A DNA stretch of 59,311 nt, counting the filler, from Basidioascus undulatus (Eukaryota), in NCBI GenBank assembly GCA_000826855.1. It is 3 parts of 3 records of this genome, joined end to end, with 100 filler letters (N's around TTAATTAATTAA, not from the genome) between each part and the next. Parts side by side here need not be neighbours in the genome. Positions count along the whole stretch, not along the records: positions 1 to 19,718 come from JTLS01000405.1; positions 19,819 to 39,528 come from JTLS01000406.1; 1 more part is not named here. The stretch is one strand, 5' to 3'. Numbering within the stretch: the stretch's first letter is position 1; every line of letters starts with the position of its first letter. The notes beneath the pieces are model-generated. The model was given only the letters and a program-made list of their open reading frames with translations. It did not search any database and had not been told where the DNA came from. Shown here piece after piece: positions 11,271 to 23,462 of the stretch. The position numbers and the translations under genes are program-made.

Positions 11271-14200
11271 CACGAGGGCGGGGCGGATGTAGGTTGGAGG
11301 ATGGGTGAGTGAGTCGGTGGTACAGTTTCCGTGAGTGAGCGAGTGAAGGTGCTGGCGCAAGTGGCTTTGGGCAGCGACGAGATGAGACCTGAGGCGCGTC
11401 GCGGGGCGCTTATTGAGCGAATGGGTGAGCTGGTGCTGAGCACGACGGCGACGTCCTCGGGGGTACGATGAGCAGCGGCCGGCTAGGCGAGAAGACGCGT
11501 ACGGCGCGGAGGAAGAGAGCGAAAATGGGGGCGCGCCGGGCAGCGCCCACCAATCCCTCGAACTCGGGACCCGACCCGACGGCCGTGCACGGTCAAACGG
11601 AAGGTTTTGGCGATTCGAAAAGGTGTTTGGACACCGCCACGAGCTTCGAGGGTGGTGCCACTGCGGGGAGGCGTTGTGCTCAGCGAGAGTGGGAGGGCAA
11701 GGTGGGAAGGTGCAGGAGAGCGAGCGAGCAGCGTGGTCTGCAGTCGTTCCAGCATTTTGGTTCAGTTGCCGAGAAGGAAAATTAAAATGGGATGGTGTCT
11801 GTGGCTGAACACTCAAACATTGGCGTGTCTGAGGCGCGTTCAAAGCTCGGCGCAGATCCCACAGATCCCACGCCCGAGTTCTTGGTGCGCAGCTTAATCG
11901 GAACCCTTGGGCGGAGCCAATGAGCGGCGAGGATGCGAGAGGAAAATTTTGCAATGCTAGGAAGATGATGGTATGGTCCAAGGTTCCAGTCCATGCCCGC
12001 CATTGAATTACAGAGGAGTGCAACGCGGACTCCGGAGGCAGAAGACCAGGATGATCAATTTGCACAGCCGTACGGCACATGTCCTCGAGCCGCGCGTCGA
12101 GCTGTTGATTGATACGACGACGCTCGAGTAAGGGGTCCGAGAGACGGGTCTTGGGGCTCTCGATCGCACCGCACCGCCTCCGTCGTCCGCGCCGTCTTCT
12201 CCTGAAAATCCTGCGCTCCGCTGTTGCTCCGCTCCTCGCTCTCCCTCATCGCTCAACACCCCCGTTGGATACTTTTCCAGTTTTTCGGACATACAATCCC
12301 CACTCCATGGCGTACGTTCACATCAAGAACCGGAAAGCCTCATTCTTTCAAATTAAAAAGACCTTTGAAGGTGCACGAACCGGTGCTCCTCGGTATGAGA
12401 CAAAACATCTAACTGTGCAACGTCGCGGAAAGCCCCACCGCCGAAGGTGGCCGCCTCCGAGATATCGGGTCGTGTCGCACTAAACACCGTTGACGCCATC
12501 CAAGATCGACCTGCGACTGCGCAGCTCCCTCGTGCGCGTGGTGGTGATCTTCGCTCTTCTGCGAAGGTGCTTGAGTCGTGGTCGTCTTGCCTGAAACTTT
12601 TGTGCAGTTTCATGCATCACAATAGTTGGCTTGTTCCATGTTCAACAACCATTCTTCCGACGTATTATAATCAATTTTCGACCTGCCATGAACTTGTCCA
12701 CCTCTCCGAGCTTCTGTGTACCCCCACCGTGGCTATGCTCAACTGCAGTTTTGCTGCTGCGGGTACCGGAACTGCATACCCAACTCCCCGGCCTGAAAAT
12801 GCCAGTGATATAGCGCGCATTCATTATATTAAAGACCCGCATGGTACAATGTCTCGATGTGTTGGGTTGGAGGAACTTGGATAGCGCTGGATGACAGAAA
12901 GTTTTGTCGACAGACCTTCATTCAGGGTACAGCCCGATTTGTGCCAAGGTGAACGAGAACTGCGGGTGGGGAATACCACTAACGGAAGTAATGAATAAAA
13001 AATTCAGTCGAGGGCAAGACTTGCCTGCTGTGTGTCGAGTAAGACAAGTTTCTTCCCCTGAATGGCGCAGATAAAGCACCACGGGAAGTCATGAAGTTCG
13101 GAGACGCCCTTAGAGGACTCTTCTGAGTTGACTACCATTTCATCTATCATTTCCTTTCCCAAACATGCCATACAACAACCGAGTGAGACGAGAAGTATCG
13201 CTGCAGTTGAGTCGGACACAACAGTGGGTGAACGCCTTTGGACTGCCATCGGCGAAGGGTTGCTGAAGAATCCACATTATTTGATGACAGTTCCAATGCA
13301 AGAAAAAGATGGGTCTCTTTTTAGCAAGGGAAACATGGGGAACCATGTCCAGGAAGCGACATGGGTCCGCCGGCATGGCAACATGGGTTAAACCTCATGA
13401 GTGCCCCTGATGTCCGCGCTGGAGCGAAGTCACATGGATACTGTAACTCTTTGTTTATAAATGCTTCAGCAAGAAACCTACTGCTGCCCGTGAAAGCCGG
13501 AAGAAACTGGAGGCAGCCAATACCGACATTGCACCTCAGTTTGATTGAGTTTGGCGGCCTCCTGACGCCGCCTGAACCGTTCCCCATTTTCCACGTGCAT
13601 TCTCGACAAGTATAACCTTATAAAATAAATGTCACGAATGATTCATACACTAAAGGACAATGGGGGCCGATGGGCTGTCCATACTCCCAGCGCAAGTTGA
13701 GTGACAGGCCAGATCGTCCCTCCGAGCAATTGAGCAAATCAACTCATCCAACTGCAGTCGGTGGTCCGACCCGGACGCCCGGACTGAGGCGACCAACATA
13801 CCTCACGCAGCCGCATGATATCGAAGGGGGGTTGATAAGTGGAAAGGGTAATATTGGCGATTTCTTTCATGCCATTCACCTGTCCTGGGGAATGGAGGAA
13901 GTCTCCGATGAGCGAGGTTTTCAGCTCAGAACAAAATTCAGGGGCGAAAATCTTCACCCTGCGACCTCCCCTCAGGGCCCGCCCTCACAAATCACACACT
14001 GTTCATGAATCATAATGATCATAAGGAAGAGGTGTTGTGTATGGAGCAGCCCGCCTTGAGGCACAGCGAAGATGTCTCAACCTGCGAAGGCTCTGAAGAC
14101 TGTTGTTGAATGAGCACTGCACGCCCGCCACGGCACCGGCTCTCTATGCCACATGCAGTGTAGCCGTGGGCTGGCTGCGGTTTCCAGGCTCCAGGTCCCA

Positions 14201-15302
14201 GGATAGGCCACAGGTTTTAGAAGCAGCCGAGGTATGCCAATACTGGACACTACGGTGCTTGACCGTGTGCGCGGTGTGGCATGCGCTGCGATGGCTGCAG
14301 CTCCGAGCGCCCTTTGCTGAGATGGAAACGGCTGCGAATCACAGATACTTCTCGCTAACAAACTATGTATTTATGTTATATGAAAAATGTAACGAGTTGT
14401 CTGGACGTGATTTCAATGGAGATCACAGAGTACTCCTCACAGAGTGCGGATGGAACACCACTGCAGCAAACTGTGGGGATGAAAGGTGGCCATGTGTGTT
14501 TCTCAGCGTCGGGAAGGGCATCTTTTGGTAACTGACCATACGATACAGGTTTGTAAGTTCTTGAGCTGTTTTTCTCATGAAAATGGAATACATTTCCGAG
14601 AGGGTCTCCGGGAGCATCTTTGCGGATGCCAACGACGGTCACCTGGGGTCAGCTGGCCGCAGCCGCAAGGGCCATGACCCGGGGTTGGTACCCAATGTCG
14701 TGAACTGCTGGATTAGCCGTATTGGATTTATTTGGTCTTTATCGAAGTAGACAGGCTCGGCTGATGGTTGAGGACGTGCGGCCCAGCTGTGCCTTGTCGC
14801 GATTAGCCTGCGGCTTCCTCAGGCTGTGCAGTATGTTGGGCACTGCACCCACTTCTGGTCCCCGCCATATCCAAAATACACTCTTTAGAAACCTCATTAA
14901 TGCCGTGAAGCGCCTTTGGAACATGCGAGTAAAGTAAGAAAAATAGACTGCAAGCTCTTTGTTTCGTCATCCACCGCGGCGTTCACGTGCCAGTCTGCAA
15001 CTCAGAACGGACGGTCCCGCTGTGCCGATTCACCCCTTGCTCACCTTGTCACCGACCACGATCATCTCCATCTCACTCCATCTAGCCCGAATAGTTTCCA
15101 TCGTACCCGGCAACGCGCAGGGAGAGTCCATATAGTGGGCAGGATCAACGACGCCTGACTGGGGATTCATAGCGTGCTCGTGTGTGCTCCGAGTCACTCA
15201 ATCCTTATCGCTTCCGGCACACTCGCGCCCCCCTCCTCCTGCTCTCCGCTCCCATCTCCCCATCCCACCCCCAGCAATCCACCCAAATCCACTCGCTCAA
15301 CG

Positions 15303-17828
15303 ATGTCGTCCTCCTCCTCACGCTCGTCGTCCTCGCCGTCCCCCTTCGCGTCCCCGTCCTCCTCCGCCTCGGTGACCCGCACGCCCCCGACGCCCGCTCA
15401 GCCCGAGAACGTCAAGATCGTCCGCCTCCAGCCCCTCCACGGATCCGCCGCGCCAAAGACGCTCCACCTCGTCGCCGGCGCGGAGGCGGTCTGCCTCGGC
15501 CGCGGCAAGGCGCTCGACGTGAATGAGGGGAACGGCAGGGTCGACTGCCCGGTCATGTCCAAGAACCATGCGCTTATTCGGGTGCGTGTCCTACTCCATC
15601 TTCACCTCCTTTCCCTCCCCTCTCTTTCGTCCACTAACGAAATCGAGTGAGGCCGGCACCAGAACCTCTCCGGATCGATCTACCTCAAGGACCAGTCGTC
15701 CTCGCACGGCACCTGGCGCTTCTCGCGCTACGGCGGCGCGCCCCTCCGCCTTACTCCGAACGAGGCGTACGTCATTCTCCCCGGCGACGTCGTGCGCTTC
15801 GCGAAACGTGTGTCGCGCGACGACAAGACGTTCGAGCCGTACGAGGTCCGCGTTGAGATCGAGGACGAGCGGTGCGTTCCATCCCATCCTCATGCCATTT
15901 CTGAGCAGCTCCTAAACTGACTTGGGGGGGTTGTTAGCCCCAAGCCACTCCCAGTCCAGAAGCGCTCCCTGGCCAACCCCTCGCCCACCAAGCGGAACGG
16001 CTACGGCACGCCGTTCGCGCTCGAGCTCGACACGAGCGACGACGAGAGTGACGGTGACGCGTATCGCGTGCCCGAGCCGCTCGAGGTCGACGACATCGCC
16101 TCCCCGCGCTCGGACGACGCCGAGTCCAGCTTCGAGTCCGAATCCGAGTCCGAGTCCGACGCGGACGAGGACGTGCCCGCCATCGCGTTCCCATCCTCCC
16201 CGCCCGCGCCCATGCCGACGCACTTCTTCTTCGACTTTAACGTCCCCGCCCGCGCTGGCTCGGGGGCGGAGGAGAACGACGAGCCCGCTGGCGCGGGCGT
16301 CCGCACGTCCCCTGAGCGGCTTACCGCCGACAGGCTGTCGCCCGTCCCGGGCGGCGTGGCCGCAGGGGAGGAGGTGGAGGTGCCATATGCGGATGCGCTG
16401 CTCAAGCTAATTCGTGCGTCTGTGCTCCCATCTCTGCCCACTTTCAACTACCGAGATAGCTTGTCAGATGCTGATGAGGTGGGGAAATGAGCAGAGGAAC
16501 AGCACCAAGCGATCGCCGCGCAGCGGAAGGCGTCGGACGAGGCGCGCGAGCTCGCGGAGGTCCGCCTCGAGCTCGACGAGGTCCGCCGCGAGCAGGCGGA
16601 GTTCGCGCGTGAGGCGCACGAGCGCGCGACGGCGGCTGAGGCGAAGGAGCGCGAGGAGTTCCAGCGCTGGAGGCGGGCTCAGCAGTACGTCTTTTCGTCT
16701 CGTTTCGTTTGGCATTTGCTTTGTCACCCACTTATGCTTGAGCTCACCGCTTGATCGTTGCATCGCCTTTTGCAGTGATGCCGAGTGCGCGCTTTATGAG
16801 AAGGTCAAGGCCGGGTTCGAGGCACGGCGCGAGGCCGAGCGCAAGGAGAGGGCTGGACCGCCGGTGGCGGCGGCGGCGGCGGCGGCGGAGGAGGAGGAGG
16901 AGGTGCAAGAGCAAGAGGAAAGCGAGGACGAGGAAATGGCAGAGTGGGAGGAGGAGGACGAGAGCGAGGGCGAGGAGGAGGACATGCCTGTCTTCGAGCC
17001 CGCCGTGGACGCGCCGGAGTTGATCGTCGTTGTGGACGAGGAGGTGGAGGAGGAAGAGGGCGGAGGTGCGTCGCCGGAGCTTGGTGGGTCGAGTTGACAT
17101 CCATGATTCTACGCCCTTGAACAACGTCCGCTGATGCTCTCTTCCGCAGCCGCCGCCCTTGTGCCGGCGTCTCCTGAGCTGGACTCCGCCGAGGACATGG
17201 GCTCGCGTACGTCTTGACTGTCATATCAACCCTCTCCTATCTCATGGCTCAACACGCCCTGTCGCGCAGTGCCTCCTCTCCTCCCCATCGAAACCTCAGT
17301 GTCGCACATGGGTGGCTCGCGTACGTCCCCGCCCCCTCCGCTCATCTCTCGCTCAACCCTCTTCCCATCCTGCCGCTTACCCCTGTTCCCCTGTTCGCAG
17401 TGCCTCCCCTCGTCCCCATTCACTCCACCGACGCCGCCGGCCCCGCGCCCGCGCCCGCTCTCGCCCCCATCGTTCCGACCATCTACGTTGGCCCGCCCTG
17501 CCAGGGCTACATGCAGGCGAATGCGACCACGCCGCCGCAGCGCAAGGCGCCCGAGGATCCTGAGCCTGATCTCGAGGTCGACGCCGTCATCTCCCTCGGT
17601 CCGCCCTGCCCTAGCTACCCGCAAGAGCACACGCACACGCGCGTGCGGAAGCGCAAGGCCGAGCTCGACCTCAAGGTCGAGTCCGACACGGACACCGACA
17701 CTGCCCCGCCCCCGCCGGCTAAGAGGGCCCGCGCACGTCGCGGAGGTCGCGTCGGTGCGTTCGTCGCGGGCCTCGCGGCGGGCAGCGCCCTCACGTTTGC
17801 GGGGCTGCTCGCGATCGCGCCGCAGTGA
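15303..17828 (+). CDS. FHA-domain, coiled-coil, tail-anchored protein (architecture like SLMAP/Vps64/Far10)
   Basis: FHA motifs LGRG, VMSKNHA and IYLKDQSSSHGTW..ILPGDVVRF after splicing intron 15582-15662. Acidic and coiled-coil middle. Basic motif RKRK/KRAR, then a C-terminal TM segment (VGAFVAGLAAGSALTFAGLLAI). Confidence 0.8.
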
Positions 17829-18904
17829 GCGGCGGGCGTACGCTGGGGAGGGCGTGGGAGGGGTGCTATGTTGCTGTTTTCTTATGCTTGAGCTTTTGAC
17901 AGGTCCACATGTTTCCTTCGTTCTCTCGCACCTTGTTCCTCGCCCTCCTTCGCGCCCTCTCGCCCTTGTAGCGTACTTCCGCCACACCCCTCGCTCTCGT
18001 ATTTCGCGATCGTCCCATGTTTATCCTCGTACCACTGTTGCTCAATCGCTCGCTCGCCTGCCTGTTGCTCGCAAATACCCTTGTACTGTACTGTGTCTCC
18101 GTGTCTCGCGCTCGCTCTTCTTGCTCTTGCTCCTCTGTCGCTCGTCGTTTCTCTTCCGTCCGTTTCCCAGTACTCGTTGCTCGTTCCCCCGCCCTCACAG
18201 GCTGTCCGTTCGCGTTTCGTCTTCTCTTGTTCCGTCCCGTCCCGTCTCGTCTCTAGCTGCATAAGGTGTATGTTGTCCGATGCCCGAAATATGAAGAGTT
18301 GCTTGTTCCTACCTGTGCTTCTGATGATACCCGACTTGGTGTTGGCGATTCACCACGAGCTTGACTGAAAGTGCTGGACGAACGCGCAGTGCCGGGAAGT
18401 TGGAAACTGGCAAAGAAACCCCGCTCGTGGAGGCTGCCTACAGCTGCTTTCTATCCACTGCACGTTTTACAGCCGTCAGTTTGCCCAAGCCTGCCTTTCA
18501 TGCTCCCACGTAGACCGCCCGCCTTCCTTCCCTCCCTGTCCATGCTTCCTCCCCAAGCCCAACAAAGTTCATCCAAATCCTACCTACCACACGACTTCCA
18601 CATGCCCACACCCACACGCGGATACACACGCGGAAAGAGAAGCATAAGAAAGAAATGCGATGCACGGCGCCAGAGCAGTGAGTGAAAGATCCATCACCTT
18701 CCCTCCTCCCATCTCCCTCCTCGGCTCGCTATCCCCATCCACGGCCCCATCCTCTCCGTCTCCTCTCCATCACCTTCCTATGTCCCTTCTCGCCTATCCC
18801 CACCAGCCAGTCTACCCCACCCCAGCCAATCCCAGCTATCACCCAAGCCAGACCGGTCGAACCACCCCGCCCGGCGCGAGGGGGTGGAGCGAGTGTGCGC
18901 CCGC

Positions 18905-19718
18905 TCACAACACCGCGCGCTTGAGCATGCTCCACCCGCCCGCGCCGGTCGCCATCAGGCCGGCGGCGATAGCTGCTGGGCGGACGCCGGCTGGAAAGAA
19001 TAGCAGTAAGCGTGTCAGTCCTTTGTTCGGCTAGCGGTCGAAAAGGGGGACGAGAGCGGGAGGAAGGGAGGAAGAGGGAAAGGGAGGGTTGAAGAGAAGG
19101 AGGGGAGGAGGGAGAGGGAGAGGGAAAAGGGCAGGCGGAAGGACGGGAGGAAGAATTGAGGGAGGGAGAGAAGGAAGGGAACGTGTGTTGCGGGAAGAGT
19201 GGCAAGGGAGAGGGAGAGAGGGAAGAAAGGACCCACCAGTGGACTTGAACAGCGCCCCCGAGAGCGCGCCCGCGCCGATCGAGTTGAGGACGTCGTGCTT
19301 TCCGCGGGCCGCGTCAAGGGAGGAGTTGATGAGGTTGTAGACGAGCGCAAGAACACCCCCAGAGTTGCCCAAGAACGACCCGCGCCTCGTCACGGCGTTG
19401 AGCACGGCGTTCAGTCGGAGCCTGGCCGTGCTAACCGCCAGCGGGCGTCCTAGTCCCTCCTTGAGGCCCCACAGCCCGCCCAAGCCAAGGCCCGAGACAT
19501 AAGTCGTCCCAACGCCGTAGCACAGGTCGTCGCTCCACCCGCGCGTGGGGAGGGCCGTCTGCCCGCCCGGGAGTTCGCTCAGCTTGTCGTCGTCGAGGAG
19601 GAGGTAGTCGAGCTTGTCGCCGATGTTGGCCATCGGGTGGAGGCGCGCGGGGTCGAGCGCCGTGCTGCTCAGAAGAGCAGAAGCCGTGGGGGCGGCGGCA
19701 GAGGGGTCGGAAGAGCAC
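18905..19718 (-). CDS. TIM23: Mitochondrial inner-membrane translocase subunit Tim23 (5' end lost in gap)
   Basis: LHPMA..LDYL..RGWSDDLCYGVGTTY..GGLWGLKEG..LRLNAVLNAVTRRGSFLGNSGGVLALVYN..GALFKST, intron 18991-19236, last exon AGVRPAAIAAGLMATGAGGWSMLKRAVL*. Confidence 0.95.
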
Positions 19719-19818
19719 NNNNNNNNNNNNNNNNNNNNNNNNNNNNNNNNNNNNNNNNNNNNTTAATTAATTAANNNNNNNNNNNNNNNNNNNNNNNNNN
19801 NNNNNNNNNNNNNNNNNN
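19719..19818. other. Assembly gap with artificial six-frame-stop linker
   Basis: 44 N + TTAATTAATTAA (19763-19774) + 44 N. Confidence 0.98.
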
Positions 19819-19900
19819 CTCCTCCTCACCTCCCCCCACCCCCCTCCCCCTCCTTTTCTGTCTTTCTGAACTCCACCACCACCATCCCACCCTCCCCTAG

Positions 19901-20140
19901 CTCATCGACGCCCTCTACGAGTCCCACTGCCGCCTAATCGTGCTCTCCGCCGCTGCACCTGACAACCTCTTCTTCCCCCCCTCCTCCTCCTCTTCCCCCT
20001 CCTCTCCTTCTGATTCCCTCGAAGCCGAGTCCCTCTCCGAAGCTCAACAAACCCCATACCGCCCAAACGTCTCCTCCTACTCCCCCGACCCCACCTTCGC
20101 CTCAGGCTCAGGCTGTCTGTTGCTCCTGCGCGGTTGCTAG
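19901..20140 (+). CDS. AFG1: C-terminal exon fragment of AFG1/LACE1-family mitochondrial ATPase (5' part in gap, 3' end apparently truncated)
   Basis: After acceptor TAG at 19898-19900: LIDALYESHCRLIVLSAAAPDNLFF...AESLSE..YRPNVSSY, matching the AFG1-family LIDALYE motif region. Confidence 0.65.
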   Translation, partial: LIDALYESHCRLIVLSAAAPDNLFFPPSSSSSPSSPSDSLEAESLSEAQQTPYRPNVSSYSPDPTFASGSGCLLLLRGC

Positions 20141-21426
20141 CAGAACGCCAACCATCGGACTCGCGTACGATGTGTTTCGACGTCGACTCGGTCGTGCTCT
20201 GTGCCTCTGAGCCCTAGCTGGGACCCGTTCTAGAGGGTTAGAGCAGAGCAAGAGGTCCCCGGCTGCTATATCTGTGTCGTGTATCGTAGGATGTTGCACA
20301 GCAACATGACAGTCCCACAGGACTGAGGGCTGTGCCGAGCGGCGCTCCCAAGGAAGACCGTGCAAAATCTTACAGGCTGTGGTCACTTTGCACAGTAGAA
20401 TATCATCAGCTGGAGAGCTTCGAGGCTTGCCGCTCTGTGTGTGTGCAAGAAAGATGGGCTGACAGTGGGGGCGGGTGACTTTGCTGGACACTTGCGATCG
20501 TCCTACACCATCAGCGTATTTTATACAACCGATATATTTAATCTAAACGCATTGATTCGGAGCATCTGCCTGGTGAGGAATAGCCATTTCCGCCAACATG
20601 GCAGTGTCCCACTGAGCACTCCGTTCACAGTCGCTGGGCTCCATCGCCCTGCTTGCCAGTTGCCAGTCTGATATTTCAGTCTACTGGGTAGCCAGATCAG
20701 GTATGAATGGTTCTACATAAGTCTGCTCTCAGAGCGGCCGGGAGTGGAATATCGCATTTGCGTGGCAGTTTCACGGCAGTTATCACTGAGCTCTTGCAGT
20801 TCTTCGCTCCCGCCTTCTCGACCGCCGGCTGTTCTGCATGTACTCACTAGGCTCGGCCTCAAATTGATAATGGAGAGGTGTAATTTCGAAGTTATGAAGA
20901 AAGCTTCGCCTCGACCGTGCTCCAGAGGGTGGTTGTACTCCAGTTCCATGACGCCGTCTAAACCAGTCTGCGGGTCCCTCAGTCCCCGCTCGGTGGGCAC
21001 TTCGAAGTGACATTTGAACTAATGCGCAGTACAATCCCCGGCAAATTCAACTCGTGCAACGTGGCCTGTTCAGGCCCCGCGCACGAAGGGGTTTCATGCG
21101 AGTCAGTCCGGAGCGCTCTGCCTGTTCGCTGCTTTCCCAGGGACCAGCTTCCTCAACAAATGTCGACTTGCAGCAAAATACCCTCAGTAGGGTGTATTTC
21201 CAGGTCCCAGTCAAGTTTGAATGCCCGTTTGTCGTTTGGACTGAGGCCGACAGGGGCAGCAATGACTCCTGCGAAGGGTACAAAGCCCGTCCAAACTACG
21301 TTCGTCTCTTCTTTCCAATCCAGAACTGCCAGAATCCCTGTCGACTCAGCGGACTCCATCCCACTATCGCTCCCCTCCCAGCCCGCGCCGTTCCCAATCA
21401 CGCACACCGACTTCCCCGCAACCACG

Positions 21427-21818
21427 ATGCGCTTCACCCACCCCTGTTCGCCGCCGCCCTCCTCGCCTGCGCCAGTTCGACGCTCGCCCAGTGCTCCGCG
21501 GCCCCAATCCCCGCCTCGGAATGTCGCACGCACTCGCTGTGCTGAAACTCCGTCCAAAGTGCGTCTAGCCCCGCGGTCGTGTCGCTCCTCGGGCAGCTGG
21601 GGATCGTGAACAAGGGGAACTGGCTGGTCGGGCTGACGTGCACACCTATCACATCAGGGGCGCAGAACTGGTACATCGTGGGCTTTGAACAAAAAGGAGT
21701 GCAGAGAGAGTAACGGTGGATGGGATGTTTGGTACAAAAGCAAGCAGCAGCCGTGTGCTGTACGGACAACAACTACAACGGGATAGTCGCGCTCGACTGC
21801 ACCCCCATCAGGTCCTGA
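21427..21818 (+). pseudogene. Class I hydrophobin pseudogene
   Basis: MRFT(fs)LFAAALLACASSTLAQC...[43 protein letters not shown](fs)VCCTDNNYNGIVALDCTPIRS*. TGA at 21543-21545 replaces the second Cys of the first CC pair. 1-nt frameshifts near 21442 and 21752. Intron 21671-21740. Confidence 0.88.
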
Positions 21819-22475
21819 ATGACGGGAACAGCCCCGACGTGGTTCTGGAGAGAGTAGAACAGGGATGGTGGGGCTTGTTCTCATTACTGTAATTCCGGAT
21901 AGACTGGCTCTTCGACTTGCGCAGCGTCACGTTTGATTGTCCACTTTGCGCACGCCCGAGCGTTACTTGCAAGCAGTCCGTCATAGGCAAGCAGGCGGTC
22001 CCGGTGCATTGTTCGAGCATCCAGCTTAGCTATGGTCCTTGGGCTACCGTGACAAAAATGGCCTGCTTGAACTTGAAGCCTCAGGGCAGTTAAAGTTGCT
22101 TTGACACAGCGGTAACCTCAGGCTGCGTTTGTGTAGTTCTCAAATCTGCGGCCATGAATTGGTATTGTTCCGTGCTTCATGGCTAAGTCCTATTTTATTC
22201 AGTCGGTTGAGGAGCACGCCACAGAGGCAAGCTTCGCAAGGTCATTCATTTATGAAGGAACTGCATAGTGTTGCCGCGGGCGAGATGTGACAGTGGCGGA
22301 AACTGTATCGACCCATCCAACGACGGACCCCATAAACTTCCAATTTCACCATTTCACGAGAAGAAGAATGAACCCTCTCTCAAATCCAGATCTGCCTTCA
22401 GCACGAAGACACGATGCTTCTTGTTCTCTCGAAACCTCGTTCTCCCCAGCAAGACCAAGCATCCCAATCATCACA

Positions 22476-22750
22476 ATGAGTCTATATCGCCTATATCTCC
22501 ATCCACTCTTTGCCGCAGTCGTCGTCGGCATGACCGGCTTTACAGGGGTGCTCCAGCTCTGCGCCTGCTATGCATCATGTTCGCACTGACACTCTGAGGA
22601 CCAACAGCCTGTAATGGTATCCTTGGCAGAATTTAAACCTCTCGATTTCCACACTGACCCTTTTGCGATGCAGTATGCAGCGCTTAACGGCATGGGCGGT
22701 GCCGGTCAACAAACCGCCGAGGTCTCCAATGCCGCAAATGCTATCATGAT
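22476..22750 (+). pseudogene. 5' fragment of UNC-93-like (DUF895) MFS transporter
   Basis: LFAAVVVGMTGFTG | 9-nt microexon PVM (22608-22616) | YAALNGMGGAGQQTAEVSNAANAIM resembles the first helices of fungal UNC-93-like MFS proteins. No continuation is seen after about 22750. Confidence 0.6.
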
Positions 22751-23462
22751 GGGAACATCGCTCCGAATAAGACCATAAGAGCTGCAAGGCTACCGCCACG
22801 CCTGGACTTCGTCTGGACATCCATTCTCACACCGCCAAATTGTACTACAATTGACTTGAACATAACCCCATCCGGATGGTAGTTTGTGCAGGAAAAGTTG
22901 CGGCGCTGCGTTTGACATGGATGCCGACTTGCGGGTGAGACACAACATCCATGCACCCCGCAAAGCCCGCAAAGCCCGCAACGGTCGCGCCTCGCACCGT
23001 ACCGGATATTCAGCACGGATTATCGTGCTTCTCGCAAGAGCTCGGGGTGCCAAGCGAGCTTCGGGCACACAGTACGAGGTATGCCACGCCTGGATGACTT
23101 GACTTCATCGTTCTTCTTATCGGAGACTACCATTCTTTTTTTCCCACGCTCTCTTCGTCTCTTCTTGCTCCCCGCCCCCTACTCGCTTTCCTCGGTCGAA
23201 CTGAGGTAGGCTGCCACCTTTCGCCGTATCCTTCGGACATATTTCTGATTCCCTTCGGACCCTTTAACCTCTTTCTGCGTTCTTTAATAATCTCTATGTG
23301 CGTTGCCGCATTCGCGAGCCTCACAGTTGTACAACAGACAGCCTAGACGAGAGAACGCAATGAAGTAAAGATGGCATGAGAGTTCAACACGAATGATAAA
23401 GAATGCAAGCAACTTATCGAGTTCATTCCCACCAGAACCATGTCGATACCGTTCCCGCCATT

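Noticed and set aside
10188..12080. 630-aa ORF as an independent gene
   Set aside because: Its 3' half is the low-complexity first exon of the velvet gene. The part upstream of 11270 looks like leader sequence left open by high GC.
18660..19034. Plus-strand 124-aa ORF containing VAIRPAAIAAG
   Set aside because: It overlaps the last TIM23 exon and its 3'UTR in antisense. The motif-like similarity arises from a quasi-palindromic GC-rich stretch.
19763..19774. Palindromic TTAATTAATTAA within Ns (also 39573-39584) as a piggyBac TSD or regulatory site
   Set aside because: It is identical, centred in 100-nt N runs and gives stops in all six frames, so it is an assembly spacer.
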